Source: Raillietiella orientalis (Eukaryota). Taken from it: a stretch of DNA of 64,000 nt. Below, piece by piece: positions 50,641 to 63,808 of this stretch. The DNA lies in NCBI GenBank assembly GCA_036172245.1, contig JAYWIR010000023.1, positions 744,001-808,000 of the forward strand, written 5' to 3'. The notes under the pieces were generated by a model. It was not told the origin of the DNA, did no database searches, and was given only the letters and a program-made list of their open reading frames with translations. Both the position numbers and the translations under genes were made by a program. Each line of letters begins with the position of its first letter. Position 1 is the first letter of the stretch.

Positions 50641-53349
50641 AGCTTCTTAGTGCCTTCCTCCCTGTTTCGCTCACTGATGAGTTTTCGGGAAAGTTTTCGA
50701 AATCTTTCGTTTAAAAATAACAACCCAAAGAAGTACGGACAACCTCGAATAGAGTGTTTTCGGTGTCGGTTACCGAGGACACTGTGTTTCGTTTCGTACG
50801 CAAGTGCGTGACGATTTGTTCCCAGCCTGAGATCAAGAGACGAAGATGATCGATGAGTTCGGACGCACGCTCGACGCTTCAACAGCTCCACTGAAGTCGG
50901 TGCTTGGTCGATGAAATCTTCCTCCGCAAAGGCTTTCAGAACAGAAACAGAAGCTGGCACTTGGAGAATGCGGCCAGGAGTTTCACCAGGAGTTCTTGAC
51001 GGCGAAGACTCGAAAGAGTGCAACACGAACGGACGTCCAGTCTGCAGTCGAATGAGAGGCGAGTTTGCGAATCTAAGCGTCGACAACGAGGGATCGCAGA
51101 ATTTTGAAAAGAGGATGTGAAACGATAATTCTCTTCCGAAAGACGAGGCCGATTTCTTCCCGACGGATATTTCGAGCGGCTCTCCTAACGGGGCGAAAAG
51201 AAATTCGGACAGGTGACATTAGGATTGAATAAAGAATGGTGCAACTGGACTTCTTAACCTTCTCAGAAAGCATGGGGAAAAAGGGACTCTGACTACGTGG
51301 GCAGCGGTCGGTTCAAGAATTCCTCAAGCACCGTCAGCCAAGTCAAGTTTTCTGGATGGAAGTGCGAGTCAGACCGGATCGAAAGAGACCTTGGGGAAAT
51401 GTTCCCAGTCAAAGACAGAATTTTCCAGGGTGAGGGCACATCGGAAACAATTCTTCGGCAAACAGAAAGTGCTTTGAAGAACAAATTTGGGGAAATTGTG
51501 AAACGGGTTCTGGAAGTTCCCACTAGCGAGGAAGAGTTCTCGATGTAGAAGTGCATGCCCGAACGAACTCTGAGACGTCTCTTCAATTCCGAGACTCACG
51601 GTCTCGCTTTCCTGCTTTAATGGAATCCCTCTGCAAAACGACAAGTCTCAGTAATCAGCTACATGCTTTTTCATCTGTGGCTTCAGATCCTCACGAAATA
51701 CCCTCATCCATTTACGTGTCCACAATAAGGTTTCCTTTACACATGACGACTTCTAAGCACGTAAGCATTCTAAACGTATCTTCCATTTTCTTTTGGCCTT
51801 CTGATTTCTTTGCCTAGCACTTGACAAAACATCTGGTCCGAAGGATGCCAGTTTTCCTCCTAGTTTCCCGAAGTCGGCTGATTACTTGCATTCTTCTGAG
51901 AATTCCTTATCTCGACACCACAAAACCTTCGAGGTCTTACTATCCTCTCAAATTCCTAAATCTGTTTTTCTGTTTGGCGTCCGGGAAATCGAAAGACAGA
52001 AAAAACTGTGATTGCTGTTCTGCATGCTGAACTTGGAAACTGAGCGCCAGAATTGGAGATTACATGGACGGGAGGTTCGCAATAAGAGCATTAGTAAGAC
52101 GACGAGAAGGACCTGAACACTGAGGAAACCTTGCAAATTACCTCTCTCAGGTTCTGCCTGAATAATTTCCCATCGTTTCAGGACACAACACGTTAGTGAT
52201 GTAGCAGCAGCACAAGAACAAAACGGATATCACTGAATCTGAATGTCAAATGAATCCTAGTAGGCTGTCGTAGAGGGATGCAAGATGGAGCAGGAATGTC
52301 TGTGATGGAAACTTTGGGCAAGCAAAGAAGAACAAATGCAAACGAAATGAAGAGTAGAATCCGAAGGAAATTCGACACGCAAAAGCATCTAAACAAAGTA
52401 CAAAGCGTTCAGAAGAGCACCCCTTCATTTGATACGATGAAAAGTATTGAATGAATTTTTTTTTTCCTGATGATCCGGCATCAAGCACTCATGCAAAATC
52501 CTCGTGAATGCATGCGCCCAATGTTCCACATGCTGCTGCTAATTTTTGGTCCTTATTGCCACCGGCCAGCGCCTACATGCGCCATGTTTCCTGAAGGCTC
52601 TAAAATTCGTTCGCTGGAGACTCCAAAGATTCTTGCTTCAGTCCACCTTCCCCCTGTTCCTAGGAGACTGGCTTTTCAGTCCTTCCATGTAGGTCCCCAA
52701 GCCGCAAGCACAGAAGATCGGCTGATGCTACTCACAGGTAACATCCATTGCCTCTCCTCATCGCACCCTCTCCCACCACACTGAGATTGCGTTGATCACG
52801 ACGGCAGCTCAGCCAGTCACTTCTCGGCGTAGGCAAAAACCTCTCGTACTCTGCAGATGTACCCTTCCCCCGTGATTTTCTGCTGACTTCAAGTTGGGCA
52901 GGCCGAACCGGATTTGAGACTCGACGAACGAGGACATGAAGGCCGGTCGGAACATCGTTGGGATTTTTTTCATTGGAAAAAGTTGCAATCATCGATACGA
53001 GGAGGAAGGAACAGAAAGAACAAGTAGGAAAAAAAAAATAATGCAAGAAACATGCAGCTATGGATTCAGAGCCTGTGCAACGCTGTTCAGATGCGAAATT
53101 TATACTTTGGGATTCTCAACAGAACGGAGGTTTCAGCAAAGACTCTTTTCAGCTTGAGGAAATGATCAGCCGGATCCGAAAATGGCTGCTGCCCTTACTC
53201 CGCCAATTCGGCAGATATAGTTTTGGTTTCAGCTTCAGATGTAACACTGTCATGAGAAGATACTACTGGAGGCCTGCGAGAAGAGCGGATCTAGTTTCTG
53301 GTAAGCATCTATCGGAGAAACGGAGGAGGCCTAAGAAGATCCAAGTACG

Positions 53350-53600
53350 CCTGCGCGTTGTCAGCTTCACAACGAAACCTCTACCGTCCGAAAACGGAGA
53401 GGCATGTGATGGCGCGATTTTCACGTGTTTCGCCCCTCGGGCTGTTGGTCTCTCTGCAGAAGTTGAAGCAGTGAAAGCAGTTGTTTTCCTCACAGCGAGC
53501 CTGCTTACGGAGAATCCTTCTTCTCCAGTGCGGCGGAGCTGCACTTCTGGACTTTCCCTTGCCACATTCCTCACAAGCAAATCCTGTTTCCGGAAGGCAC
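53350..53600 (-). pseudogene. Possible C2H2 zinc-finger relic
   Basis: FACEECGKGKSRS..H at ~53555-53581, followed by weaker finger-like fragments. Confidence 0.25.
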
Positions 53601-54469
53601 TCGGGGTCTCTGGAAGTGACTTGCCATCTGTCTTCTTGAGAGCAATTTCCGATTTCGTCGAAGCGATCAACTTTCGCCTCGATGCGGCACACGTCTTAAT
53701 TGAGACTGCACTTCCTTAGAAACGCACCGGGATGGCTCCAGTCAACGAGCAGTTCTCTTTTCCAAAACCAGAGTATCTCTTCCCTGACTCTTCATACTGA
53801 GCAGATCAGATTCGGAGACTGGTAGATAAAAATCGCAAGAGGGCATTCTGTTGGAGCCAAGAGAGGTGGTAAGCTGTGCATGAAGGCTTTTTGGGCTGGC
53901 AGCTGTTGCCATGCACCCCAGGACAGCCACGTGAATTCTCAAGTTTTCCGTGTCAGTTCTGTCATTTGTCCCAGGTAACCGCCGTTTCCTTCAGGAACAG
54001 TGCGTCCACCCTCCGTCCATTGCTGCAGAAGCACGAAAGAAGAGAATCCCAGCTCCGAAATCCCGTGAGGGTTCGTCCCAAAACAGTCCATAAAATCAGG
54101 AAACGACTCAAACTTGCCAAGTCATTTGCATTTGCTATTCAGCCAGTGATCAGAGAACTGAGCATGGAATCATCCAACACTGCGGCGGAGGCAGACGTGG
54201 GAACGAACCGAAAACCAATCTGCGAAACTGAACGTCGGAGGCATCAAAATATGGATCTTTAAAATTCCCTTCTGTTTTTACATCCCGTGATAGTGAGGAT
54301 GAAAGATGGCTTAACATGTTAATCCACGTCGAAGCCATTTTTCATCCGTACGACCATTTTTCATCAGCAGCAGAGAGCCGTGAATCCACGGCTCTCTGCT
54401 GCTTGCGTCTGTGTGGCTAAACACAGACGCATGACTTGTGGTCATCGACCTACATGCAACAGCGTCTTC

Positions 54470-55170
54470 CTCAGCTATCCGTCCAATTCTGTACGATCCG
54501 GCGTTTCCACAAGACCCACAGCAAGGACTCGAAAGCTCCGTGGAAATGATATCCGTTTCATTGCTATGAGCATTCCGGTCGCCACCATTCTCCACTTCTG
54601 CATTTCGCCACAGATTCTGATTCAATTCCTTCCCAGGAGATGGTCAGCACAAATTTTTCGAGTGAATGGAATTGGTAAAAATCATTTTCTCTTCTGAACA
54701 AAAACTTTCCCTGCCCTCTCCACTTTCATCCCTATTTAGCTGCTTCCTATGCAGCGCAACCTCATGTCCAGAGCAAGAAACTTTGCTCATAAGAGTTGCA
54801 GAGAAAAGTATGGTTTGACGGTCTTGTGCTTCGTCCTGCTGTCCAGACTGGTGCAAGTGCAAATTCTGGTAGTCTGATCACCGGGGCAACCAAGTCTGAT
54901 CAAATAAAGCAAGAAGAGGTGGATTCATTCATCTAAATTCAACAAAAGATCCCTTTCTGAGATAAGTTAGAAGAACGAAGAAAAAAGAGGGGGAAGGGAA
55001 GGGGAGGGGGAGGGTTTGACTCAGGTAAAAGATGTCAAAATAGCGACTGGGGTACGAATACCCATCCTGAATTTGGTTCAATGAGGAGTGAGAGTTTCAG
55101 CATCAAAAGTCGCTGCAGGAAGTATGATGTCTCCTTTGATGGCAAAGCGTTCCCTATTCTTAGCGAGTTT
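54470..55170 (-). pseudogene. Degenerate DEAD-box RNA helicase gene relic (possibly DDX59-like) with a fossil intron
   Basis: Ordered remnants: IKGDIILPAATFD..MGIRTPV (Q-motif region), RDLL..FLL, RQTILFSATL (motif III), KMIFTNS/RKICADHLL (IV), MVATGML (V), SYRIGR (VI). It contains stops, frameshifts and large deletions. Confidence 0.55.
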
Positions 55171-55999
55171 TCGAGTGGAATTTGTTGGATCCCTGTCCAA
55201 TGAGCCGTCTTAATCCCGGTGAAGCATCATCTTTAAAGTGGTGAGCATCTCCGAGGATTCGTCAGGCTGTGTATCAGGGATACACTCTGCGTGTAATAGA
55301 ATACATTTACACCTCCGTAAAACGGAAAGCGATAGAGAGGGAGTATTGCTGTCTAAATTGTGTGTAGAATGGATTCAAGGTTCCTGATAACGGCGTTCGT
55401 GATCTTCGGCGGAGTGCAAAGAAACAAATAAATGCCGAAACAGCCTGGTCATCCATCGGTGTTTTATAGGAAAGCTTAAATCGATGACGGTGATCGAGAA
55501 GGAAGTAGGATGAAGTGTTGGAAAAAGTAGGAGGGGCAGAATAAAAAGTCTTGGCACAAGTTAATCAGATGTGCATTTTCTTTAAATGGTGTATTGTAAT
55601 GATGGCGTATGTACACTCTACACGAAGCCTAACTGGCGCGAAACATGATGTGGGAGCAAGATCCAAAATGGCAGATGCAAACTGATGCACCCTGGAGATA
55701 GGAGGGCAGCTAAATGGTATCATGGAAACACCTAACCTAAAAAATACTGATGCAGAGTTTCCAAGACTAAAAAGGGTATCGTTCTCGAACAATCATTTTG
55801 ATCTCTTTGACACCTCCCTCGAGCTCGCTCCCTCCCCTCTCTCCCGCCCCCTACCAAAAATGATAGTGATTGTCTGCATACATTTTTTTTTACCAATTTG
55901 TAGAGTCTTCAGTATAAAGCTGTGCTGAGGATGATACCACCAGCTGATTTTTGCCAGCGGCATCGTGAACTCTTAAGACTTTACAGCTTCGATGGGAGC

Positions 56000-56540
56000 A
56001 AATCAAACGTGGCACCTGTGCTGGAGTTTTCGGATGGGATTGATGCAATCGCATTATGCAGTAGCACCGCAAAGAAATTCGAAAATTTGATTTTCCCAGC
56101 GGAATCCTTCTCGGTTGCACACAAATTCGTGTTCTCCAACCCCTTTGATGATGCTTCGGATGCCCCAGTCCGACGCGTTTCTGGCACAAAGAGCAAAGCA
56201 AAAGAGTTTCTTCCACCTCTGTGCTCACCAGGCAAAATCAACGTACTCTTTAAGCGATTTCGGGGGGGAGGGGGGATACCTTAGGATGGACACCTCAGAG
56301 AGAATGTCATGTGGTACACAACCGATTAGGAGAACCAACATCCTTTCATAGACGGTACCCAAATTAAGGAACCCTGTTGCGCAAAATAAATGATGACTAC
56401 ATTGCATGCTGTGCAACACTAAAGATGGTTCCCCGTTTCAGGCAGCCATTGAACAGAAAGTCCCCTCCTCCCTCTGTATTCGGCTTTCCAAAGAAATCTA
56501 TGAAACGCCAATGTACTATGGTTTCGTAGATGCATTCAAT
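56000..56540 (-). pseudogene. Degenerate ZC3HC1/NIPA-like (zf-C3HC + Rsm1-like) gene relic
   Basis: Ordered remnants FGKP..NG(C)..L*CCTACN, PH....PPSP, LLCSLCQKRVGL and NPIRKLQHR resemble NIPA WAGKP..GW..LKCSSC, AH..CFW..PSP, CSQCMRKVGL and FxP..QHRxWCPW. Confidence 0.45.
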
Positions 56541-57038
56541 CCAAAGAACAGCGCAGAGTTGACCCCTGAACTCTGGAAACGAGACAACTCCTCGGGTTCT
56601 CCCCGGAACAGGAAATGTGTTTGAAAAAGAAAGCAGTTCAGGGAAACTCCTGTGACCGTGTTGAGAGGCTGCATCCGAAGAGAGGCCATGTTGAGGGTTC
56701 ACTCTAAGACCGACGAGGACTCTGAGCCAACGTCTTTTCCCAGCAGGCGAACACTCGGATTTACAGATGCTCCGTTCTAAAGTGGATCATCCTGTGAGCG
56801 CATCCCGTGTCATCAAATGTCGCAGCAGCTGTGGCAGCGCGGTCGTGGACACACCACTCTTATGAAGCACGAAATCCATTCGCTTCGTTCACGTTCCCGA
56901 GGTACCGGACACACACGAGGAAGCTCATTTCAATGCTCATAAACAGCTCACTCAACCTACGGGATTACTCAAATCCGAGAGGGGGATCTGAAATAGCGCG
57001 ATAGATGATTCCGTGGGGCCCTGATTGGATCGTTACCA

Positions 57039-57079
57039 ATTTCACCGGAATGACAAAAGTTGTGTCATCCCGGTGAAAT
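57039..57079. repeat. 17-bp inverted repeat (16/17 paired) with a 7-nt loop
   Basis: ATTTCACCGGAATGACA-AAAGTTG-TGTCATCCCGGTGAAAT. Confidence 0.85.
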
Positions 57080-58809
57080 GCGCAGTGAAAGATCTTTCGG
57101 GGTCTAACTCTTCGCCAGAGAGCTGAAGAAAGTGCCGCGTCGAATCACTGGGTGCTCCGCTCGCATCTCACCCGAAGCTCGTGCGGATCTGAACAAAGAG
57201 TTCGCCAGGGATGACCGCATCATCTAGCTGCAACCAAGGTAACCAGTCGCGTCGGTACTTCGTCCCCGAGGAGCCAAGCAGCGGCAAACTTTTAGATGAA
57301 CGGCGTCGTCGTCTGTTTGACGCGGAACCGGAGAGCACGGGTCTCTCTTTCGTCCCGTGCATCACGTGTCACCCTGTTGGCATTCGTGCACATCTTGTTT
57401 CATCATCCGAGGAGCCCTCTGGCTAAGAAACGTCTGGTAATCCTCACGGGCGCGTTCGAATCTGACATTTCACCAGGTGACCCGAAACAGATGAGGCAGC
57501 GGATCGAAGCCCCGCGCCCCGGAAGACGTGTGTGGGCGGGCACATTCTGAAAGAAAGCACTTCACTGCACGAACAGCAGCGTCATGACCGCGTATCTCGT
57601 GCACAACAAAGGTGCATGAGGAGACGGAGGAGGCTGACCAGGGAAAGCGAACAAAGGATGAAACCAGAGAAGACGAGAAACTACTGGAAATCATCGTTCC
57701 CACTGCTCCTTCTCTCATCCCTTTCTTGGGTCATCGAAGGCTTCCAGAGTTGCGCCAGTCTCAGGAGTGAGAGACGGAGGATGAAGGAAAGAAGTCTTCT
57801 CATTCGGATTCTTCTGCAGCAATGCTTGAATGAAACCGAAGGTAATCTGGTACAGCATGATCTGTGTATGCTTTCGCGTCGAAGAATCAAAGAGAACTCG
57901 GAAGCTGCAGAGCCAAGTTAAGTAGGGTTTCGTTGTCAAGGAAAATCCGGAGGAACATATGGACCGACGGAGATAAGATAAGAAAACACAAGGGAGGGAC
58001 AGCTCCCAGAGACCACATTCCTCTTGATGCAGGATCTTTTTCGATTCGCAGCCACACGAGCTTAGAGACGTGGGAAATCCTCGACACCTCTAGCAGAGCT
58101 CGAAATCATTCGGAAAGCCCGCACAAAGCGCTGGTCCGCAGAGTTGGTTGCGGATGGACGAAAGCTGGGAAGAGGTGCGCGAGGAGTGAAGTCAGCGAAG
58201 GAGAGCAGGAACAGAAGAACACTATTATTGAACTGGGACACGCGAAGATGCACCACTGGAGGTGCGCCAGAAGAGTTTCTCTTCCCTTTTCGGAGAACAG
58301 ATGGAGGAGAACGAAAGTAGACAAGACTTGCTGAACAGGGAAAATCTGCGAACTGGGAGAGGAAAGGCGCGGATCTTCCTCCTGTGACACAAGGACTAGG
58401 CTGTTCCTCGTGTCATGAATGTCTTCCCTTGCTGTCGTGACTCCAGGCTCAGAAAAGCGGGCGAATGGGCTTGTGGAGCTCGGCCGAAATAGGAAACGAG
58501 CTTTCGTGCTGTTCCGCTCTGGTGTTCAAATCTTTTCCTCGCACATCCTCCCTGTTTTCGTGGGGAGCGTGGATTCCTGATCTGTGCAGTGGTCGTCCGG
58601 GGTGGCACGGACGTCTCGGACATGAAGTGCTTGTGATTCTTCGCTCGCCTCTTCGTTTCTTCTCTTTGCCGTGTGGGAGTGACTGTTGGGATTGTTTCGT
58701 GTCAGGACTAAACGGGAATGCTGGCTGTTATCGGCGATGCTACATTTTCTTCTGAGAATCCGGTTTGCGCAGTGGTATTGGTGATCCCTCGCAAGTGATC
58801 TGCAAGTGA

Positions 58810-59680
58810 TCTGTTTTTGCTGCTCAGCTTCCAGCTTTTTTTTTTCTTCTCTCTCTGGTTTTCTTTTTTTTTGGTTCGCGAAGTATTGAAGAACCGCTTC
58901 CTCCTTAACGGGGACTCACAGAACTCTTTAACACTTGTCCACGCCACCCGATGGTGCATGTGACTTTTCAGTTGGGGGGCAACCAACCTTGTATGGACCA
59001 CCCTATGAATTCAGGAAACTCCTCTCACTCTTGGGAGGTTCGTTTCGGGATTGCTCGCCCCGATTGGCTACGAAGGGATCCCCGAAGGGAATTATTTCTC
59101 CAGTGGGGTCCCCAGGAAGGGTTCACTCTCCGTTTCTTCCTTAAAGGGAACCCGGAAAAGGTCCGCTCCTGGAATTTCCTCTCCGGAGGGAACAACCCTC
59201 AAGGGAAGCTCCTCGTTTCCTTCTCTGAAGAGAATCCCAAAGGGGCACTCCCCAATTTTCTCTGAAGGACGCTTCTTGGCACTCTGGAGATGCGACTTCC
59301 CGAAGGGGGGTCAACCCCCCCTCGAGGGGGTATCAACGAACTCAGTGGTAAGCTATGGTGAAAATGGGTTCCTCTCCGAGGGAGGAACGGCTTCATTTTC
59401 ACAAGTGGAGGGAGGAAACCCCGAAGGGAACCGACTCCTTGATTTCTGGAGGAATGCGACGGAGGGTCAACTTTCAATCCCGGCCAGTCAACGGGGGCAT
59501 CCAGTTTCTGCCTTCCATTAGTGCCGCTCCCGAACCCTACAGTCCAGATATCGTCACCCTGCTGGGGGAACTCGAAATCCACGACGCACCTCCCCTTCGA
59601 TCCTTCCCTGCGTGGGATTCGAACCCGCAACGCTTGGCATCACGAGCGGAGACCGTAGCCACATGACCGCCAAGGAGGCC
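58810..59680 (-). mobile_element. SINE-like element, copy C (subfamily 2)
   Basis: The reverse complement has the head GCGGGTTCGAATCCCAC and the same internal units. Its 3' region GGCGTGGACAA.TGTTAAAGAGTTCTGTGAGTC...GAAAACCAGAGAGAG...AGCTGGAAG..GAGCAGC.AAAACAGA matches copy B. Confidence 0.8.
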
Positions 59681-60535
59681 TCGTCGCTGAGGCCAACGCT
59701 CTTCAACCATACTAGCACTGTCCCACCAGCTGGGAGGGCGTGACCACCTGACTGTATACCTAGGCTCTTCACATCTCTTGTGACGGGAATCTTTGGGAAT
59801 ATGGAAAATTGGGAATCTTTTTCGAAGGTTCTTCGCACTTTGTTACTGTTAAGAGACTCCCTCCCTTTTTCCGGAACTGCTTCTCAGACTTTGAGAATCA
59901 TTTTAATTCCATCTTCCTTCGATAGAGGCAAATGGCCTCGTTTGGGCCGCAGTCCATGTACAAGGAAACCCCCTGAGTGTGCCGGAGCTCTTTCCCGTCA
60001 TGGTCGCTCCAGTGAAACCGCAGAAACCTAGTTGAATCCTGGTCATTTCGGCTGAGTCTCGTCCCCTTATAACTCAACCGACAATAAATTCGCCGCTCTT
60101 TGGAAGATGGAGGGCGCCAGGCATGCGGGATGAATCCGAATGACGCCCCTGGAAAGGCGCGATACAGATTGAACAGAACAAATAATGACCAAGCATCCCT
60201 TCCAGCACGAGAAGTCCCCGGGAAATCATGCGGAAAAAATCCGATGCTGGATGCAATTTTTATCTCTTCCCCTTTCTTGGGTAAAAAGGAAGAAAAAAAA
60301 AAAAACTGACAGTACCAAAAGAAGAGCAGCATCGCCACTGCAGCAGAAGCACTCGATATTTCAAAATGAACTTATCATTATCAGGGTTTAGTATGTGCTT
60401 TTAATGATTCGTTATCTTTTGCTGGAAGGGCCTTCGCACCGTGCTGAGCCTCTTATGGCCGGCTTACAAATTGCGCTCCCTCCCTCAGCCTCCCTATCTG
60501 TCCTCTGTTATCTGCGCACGAGGAGTCTACTTTAC

Positions 60536-60625
60536 CTTGTTCTCATCGAATACCCGGAACACCAAGCCTGCGAATTTCGTCGGGTTTCCTTTAGGGAAGA
60601 ACTGCTGATATATCTTGATGAATCC
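60536..60625 (-). CDS. NCS1: NCS-1/frequenin internal exon: [30 protein letters not shown]
   Basis: tttcag|GGA TTC ATC AAG...GAT GAG AAC AAG|gtaaag, 90 nt. Closely matches the frequenin sequence as I recall it ([29 protein letters not shown]). Visible at the end of ORF 60527..60787. Confidence 0.96.
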
Positions 60626-63475
60626 CTGAAACAGAGTGGCAGCACTGGAATTACAAAGCTCAGTCTTCGTCAGAGGAGGGGGAAGTTTGCATTCGAGACC
60701 TCGTTTGATAAAAAAAAAAAAAAAATTAATCAAAGTGCGCGCGGCTGCATGAGGAGATCGCAGACGAGCTGCTCTCTCCAGCTCCACCCATTCGATTTTC
60801 AGAGATCACTGGTTGCCGTCAGGAAACGGGAACTGAGCTCTCGGGTTCATTTTGCAAGACATCCATTCGTTATCCAAGGCGGCGAAACGAAGATGCGTGC
60901 AGAAACTTCAACCTCCACTTTTGCGCTCCCTCGGTGGCCGCGACGGCCTCAACATCTAATCGTCCGTTGACTTGAGTCGCCTCTGTGAGGACCACGTAAG
61001 CCAATACTCTCCCGGGTGGTCAGCGGTGGCTGCTGAAGTGAGGTCTCGTCTAAGCTGCTGACCTTTGAGGACGGGAGAATTTTTCTTAACACCTCGCCTT
61101 CCTCGACCGCTTTGTCGTCTAAGGCCAGGAGAGGTTACCGTTGGTTTCTCGTTCTCAGTCTGCTTGGAATGCCCCTGACTGCGATGGGTTCGACGGACTG
61201 ATTGCAGCGGTTTCCTATTCTCTTTCCGCCCGCATTTCGTACTGAAGGAGACCAGAAATTGGGGAGACGAAGTGGGGCGCATCGAGCGGTTTTGATCGGA
61301 AGAGGATGCTTCCTCTCCCGCGAAGTCTTGCTTGCAGTCAGAAAGCACCTTCCGGGTCCGTCGTGCAGACTTTCCTCCAGTTCACTTCGAAGGAGTCGCA
61401 GTATCCAACTGTCCGGTGGTGCTGCTTCTGAAGGATTACGAGCGGATTTCCTACCGTCCACCCAGCACGGACTCTTGGTCCCTGGAAACGTGTCTGGAAG
61501 TAACAGCCTTCCCGCCAAGAAGTGCCGCTTGCCTCCAGCGAGACAGAGCCCGAACGGCGCGGCTCTTTATTTCCTGGAGTGCGTCGCGAGGTCAGTCGAG
61601 ACTGCGCACCCCATGCTGCCCTTGCTGCTGCTTGGGTGGGGGAGAGGAAGAGCTGGGTTTTCCTGCAGCTGTGGGAGGCGACCCAGCCAGGCAGGCTAGA
61701 CAGCCCGCACGCTACTGGAGAAAGGCCAAAGATCTCGCTTGGGGCTCAGAAAGGTGGGTCGAATTTCTTGGGAACTCCTCCTCGGGAAGACTTGCTGACC
61801 GATGTTTCTACCCTTCTGTTCCCCCATCAACTACCCTCTAGGTTTCTGGGGCCTCAACGTGGTACCTCAGCAGAAGGGTCAGGGGGAGTCTCCGAGAATG
61901 TGCCCACTCCGGAACAGTGAGAGGTGGTTTCGGAATGCTCCAGAGGCTACAGAGTGGAGGAGGAGCTCTCCGATGATGGTGATCCTTAGGGGGCGCCCTC
62001 GCCGGAGATCCCCGCCACATGCAAGTGGCAATGACTGCCCAAAGCCGTCGTTCCGGGCAGCAGCCTTCAGTCGCCACTGCCCGCGGTTTTCGGAGTTCCA
62101 GGGAACGGCTCAGAGGAGGGATGCGAAGCGAAAGGTGGAGAGATCAGGCGAGCTCGAGACCGGCTGCGGCGACCTTCGTTCCTCCTCTCCCGTCCTGCCC
62201 AATTCAACGAGCTACGCTTATCACCTCGAGGCCCGTCCGTCCTCCCCGTTCCCTGTTTGCTCATTGGTTCGTCCCCTTTCGTTCACGGTCTCCCTGTGTC
62301 GGTCCCTCCCTTACTGTAAAATTTTGCTTATTCATTTTAATCAGTTGCCCTGGAATCCGGGGCGAGGAGGTTCCCTTGAGGATTTGAAAGTCGACACGAT
62401 ACAGAGGAAAAAAAATAACAAATACATGACTGTGCTTTTCCCTCCGTGCAAAACGAAGGCAAATTCGCCCCGATGGCAGAACGAGGTCCCTCGCCTCGAC
62501 GGACGCGGATGCGCAAGCAGTCCCACTTGGCATGGGACAAGCGATTCCGGGAGCTGCCTTTCCCCCTCTTCTCCGATTTCTTCAGGCGAAACCGACCGTG
62601 ATGAGAACACGTTTGCAGGTCCGGCATAATGGTCCTCTGCTGGAGCGCGGGGGTCTCTTCCCTTCGAGCAAATGGTCGAGGAACCCAAGCGTGGGAGGAC
62701 GGAAGCGAGGTCCACGCACTCGCACGAGAACGCGAAAAAAACACTGCTGACGGACGCTGTGCGGTTCTGTGACGGGAGAGAGCTGTTTGGAGGGACTCTG
62801 CTTCCGAGCAAACAGCGCGATGCTCCGTGGAGGCAACTCAGAGGGGAGAAAAGCTGGGAGCCGGTTGATACGCAGCGACAGGAGGGGGAACCATTCGTCA
62901 GAAGACCATCATCGCACGCTCCACTCGGAATCCTGGGATCTCGTTCCTGGATGAGACAGTACGCTCTCTGAAGCAAGCCGCTTCCCGTTCGGAGACGCCA
63001 GAGCGGGTGATCTCCTGGGAGCTGCAAGAAACTCTCAGGGTCCGTGGAGCGTTTCTCTCGAAGCCGGCTGCCGCCAATGGGTCCTCTTTGTACAGTACGC
63101 GCGCGATGGGGCACCAAGAAATTCGAACGTGGAAGCAGACAATCAGAATATCCATGATAGAAAGTAGAGCGAACAAGAATACACGCATTTTCCGAACGAA
63201 GTACCGTTTCTAAAAATAGGAGCGAACAGACTCGGGAACTGCCTGATCCCACCGTATGAATCTTCCCAGCATCAAGTTCCGGACTGCTAAGGCTTCGCTT
63301 ACGAGATCGCTTCGTTAGTCGGGAATTCGGTTCGGAGCTGTTTCCGTCGTTTCTGCACCCGTTTTCCTGATGCGGCCCATCCCTCGAGATAGCTTGCTGC
63401 TCGATTCATCCCACGGTCGAAACGGCAGTTTGAACTTTGCTGACGTCTCCGCTCCGAAACGGCAGTTTGAACTTT

Positions 63476-63520
63476 GCAGAGTGTCTCCATCTCCCGCACC
63501 GGGAGATGGAGACACTCTGC
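63476..63520. repeat. Perfect 21-bp inverted repeat with a 3-nt loop
   Basis: GCAGAGTGTCTCCATCTCCCG-CAC-CGGGAGATGGAGACACTCTGC. Confidence 0.95.
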
Positions 63521-63808
63521 GAGTCTCATTCGGACCACCTGCATCCTCTATGAAGCGACAACGGAAGGCGACAAATGGATGAGGATGGCGCAAGAGGAAG
63601 AGTCGCGGCTGAAGGAACAGATAGATCTGTGCCACGAGATAAGAGCGCTTGAGGCAAGGAGAAATGCAAAATCAAACTAGCGGTAAATCGATTCGAGGCA
63701 GTCGGATCCGGGAGAAGAGATTCATTAAGTTAGAACTAAGAGTATAAGGAATTGTGACAAAGCATCCCAAGTAATTCATCCTTCAATGTGAACGCCCCAA
63801 TCACTTAC

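Noticed and set aside
61150..61180. cag|GG GCA TTC (WAF) as the next NCS-1 exon
   Set aside because: It hits a stop after a few codons and lies in the wrong order relative to the other exons.
61802..63252. Overlapping 275-aa (+) and 303-aa (-) ORFs in a GC-rich stretch
   Set aside because: Ser/Arg/Pro-rich with no motif I can identify. Possibly decayed TE or gene sequence, but not supportable.
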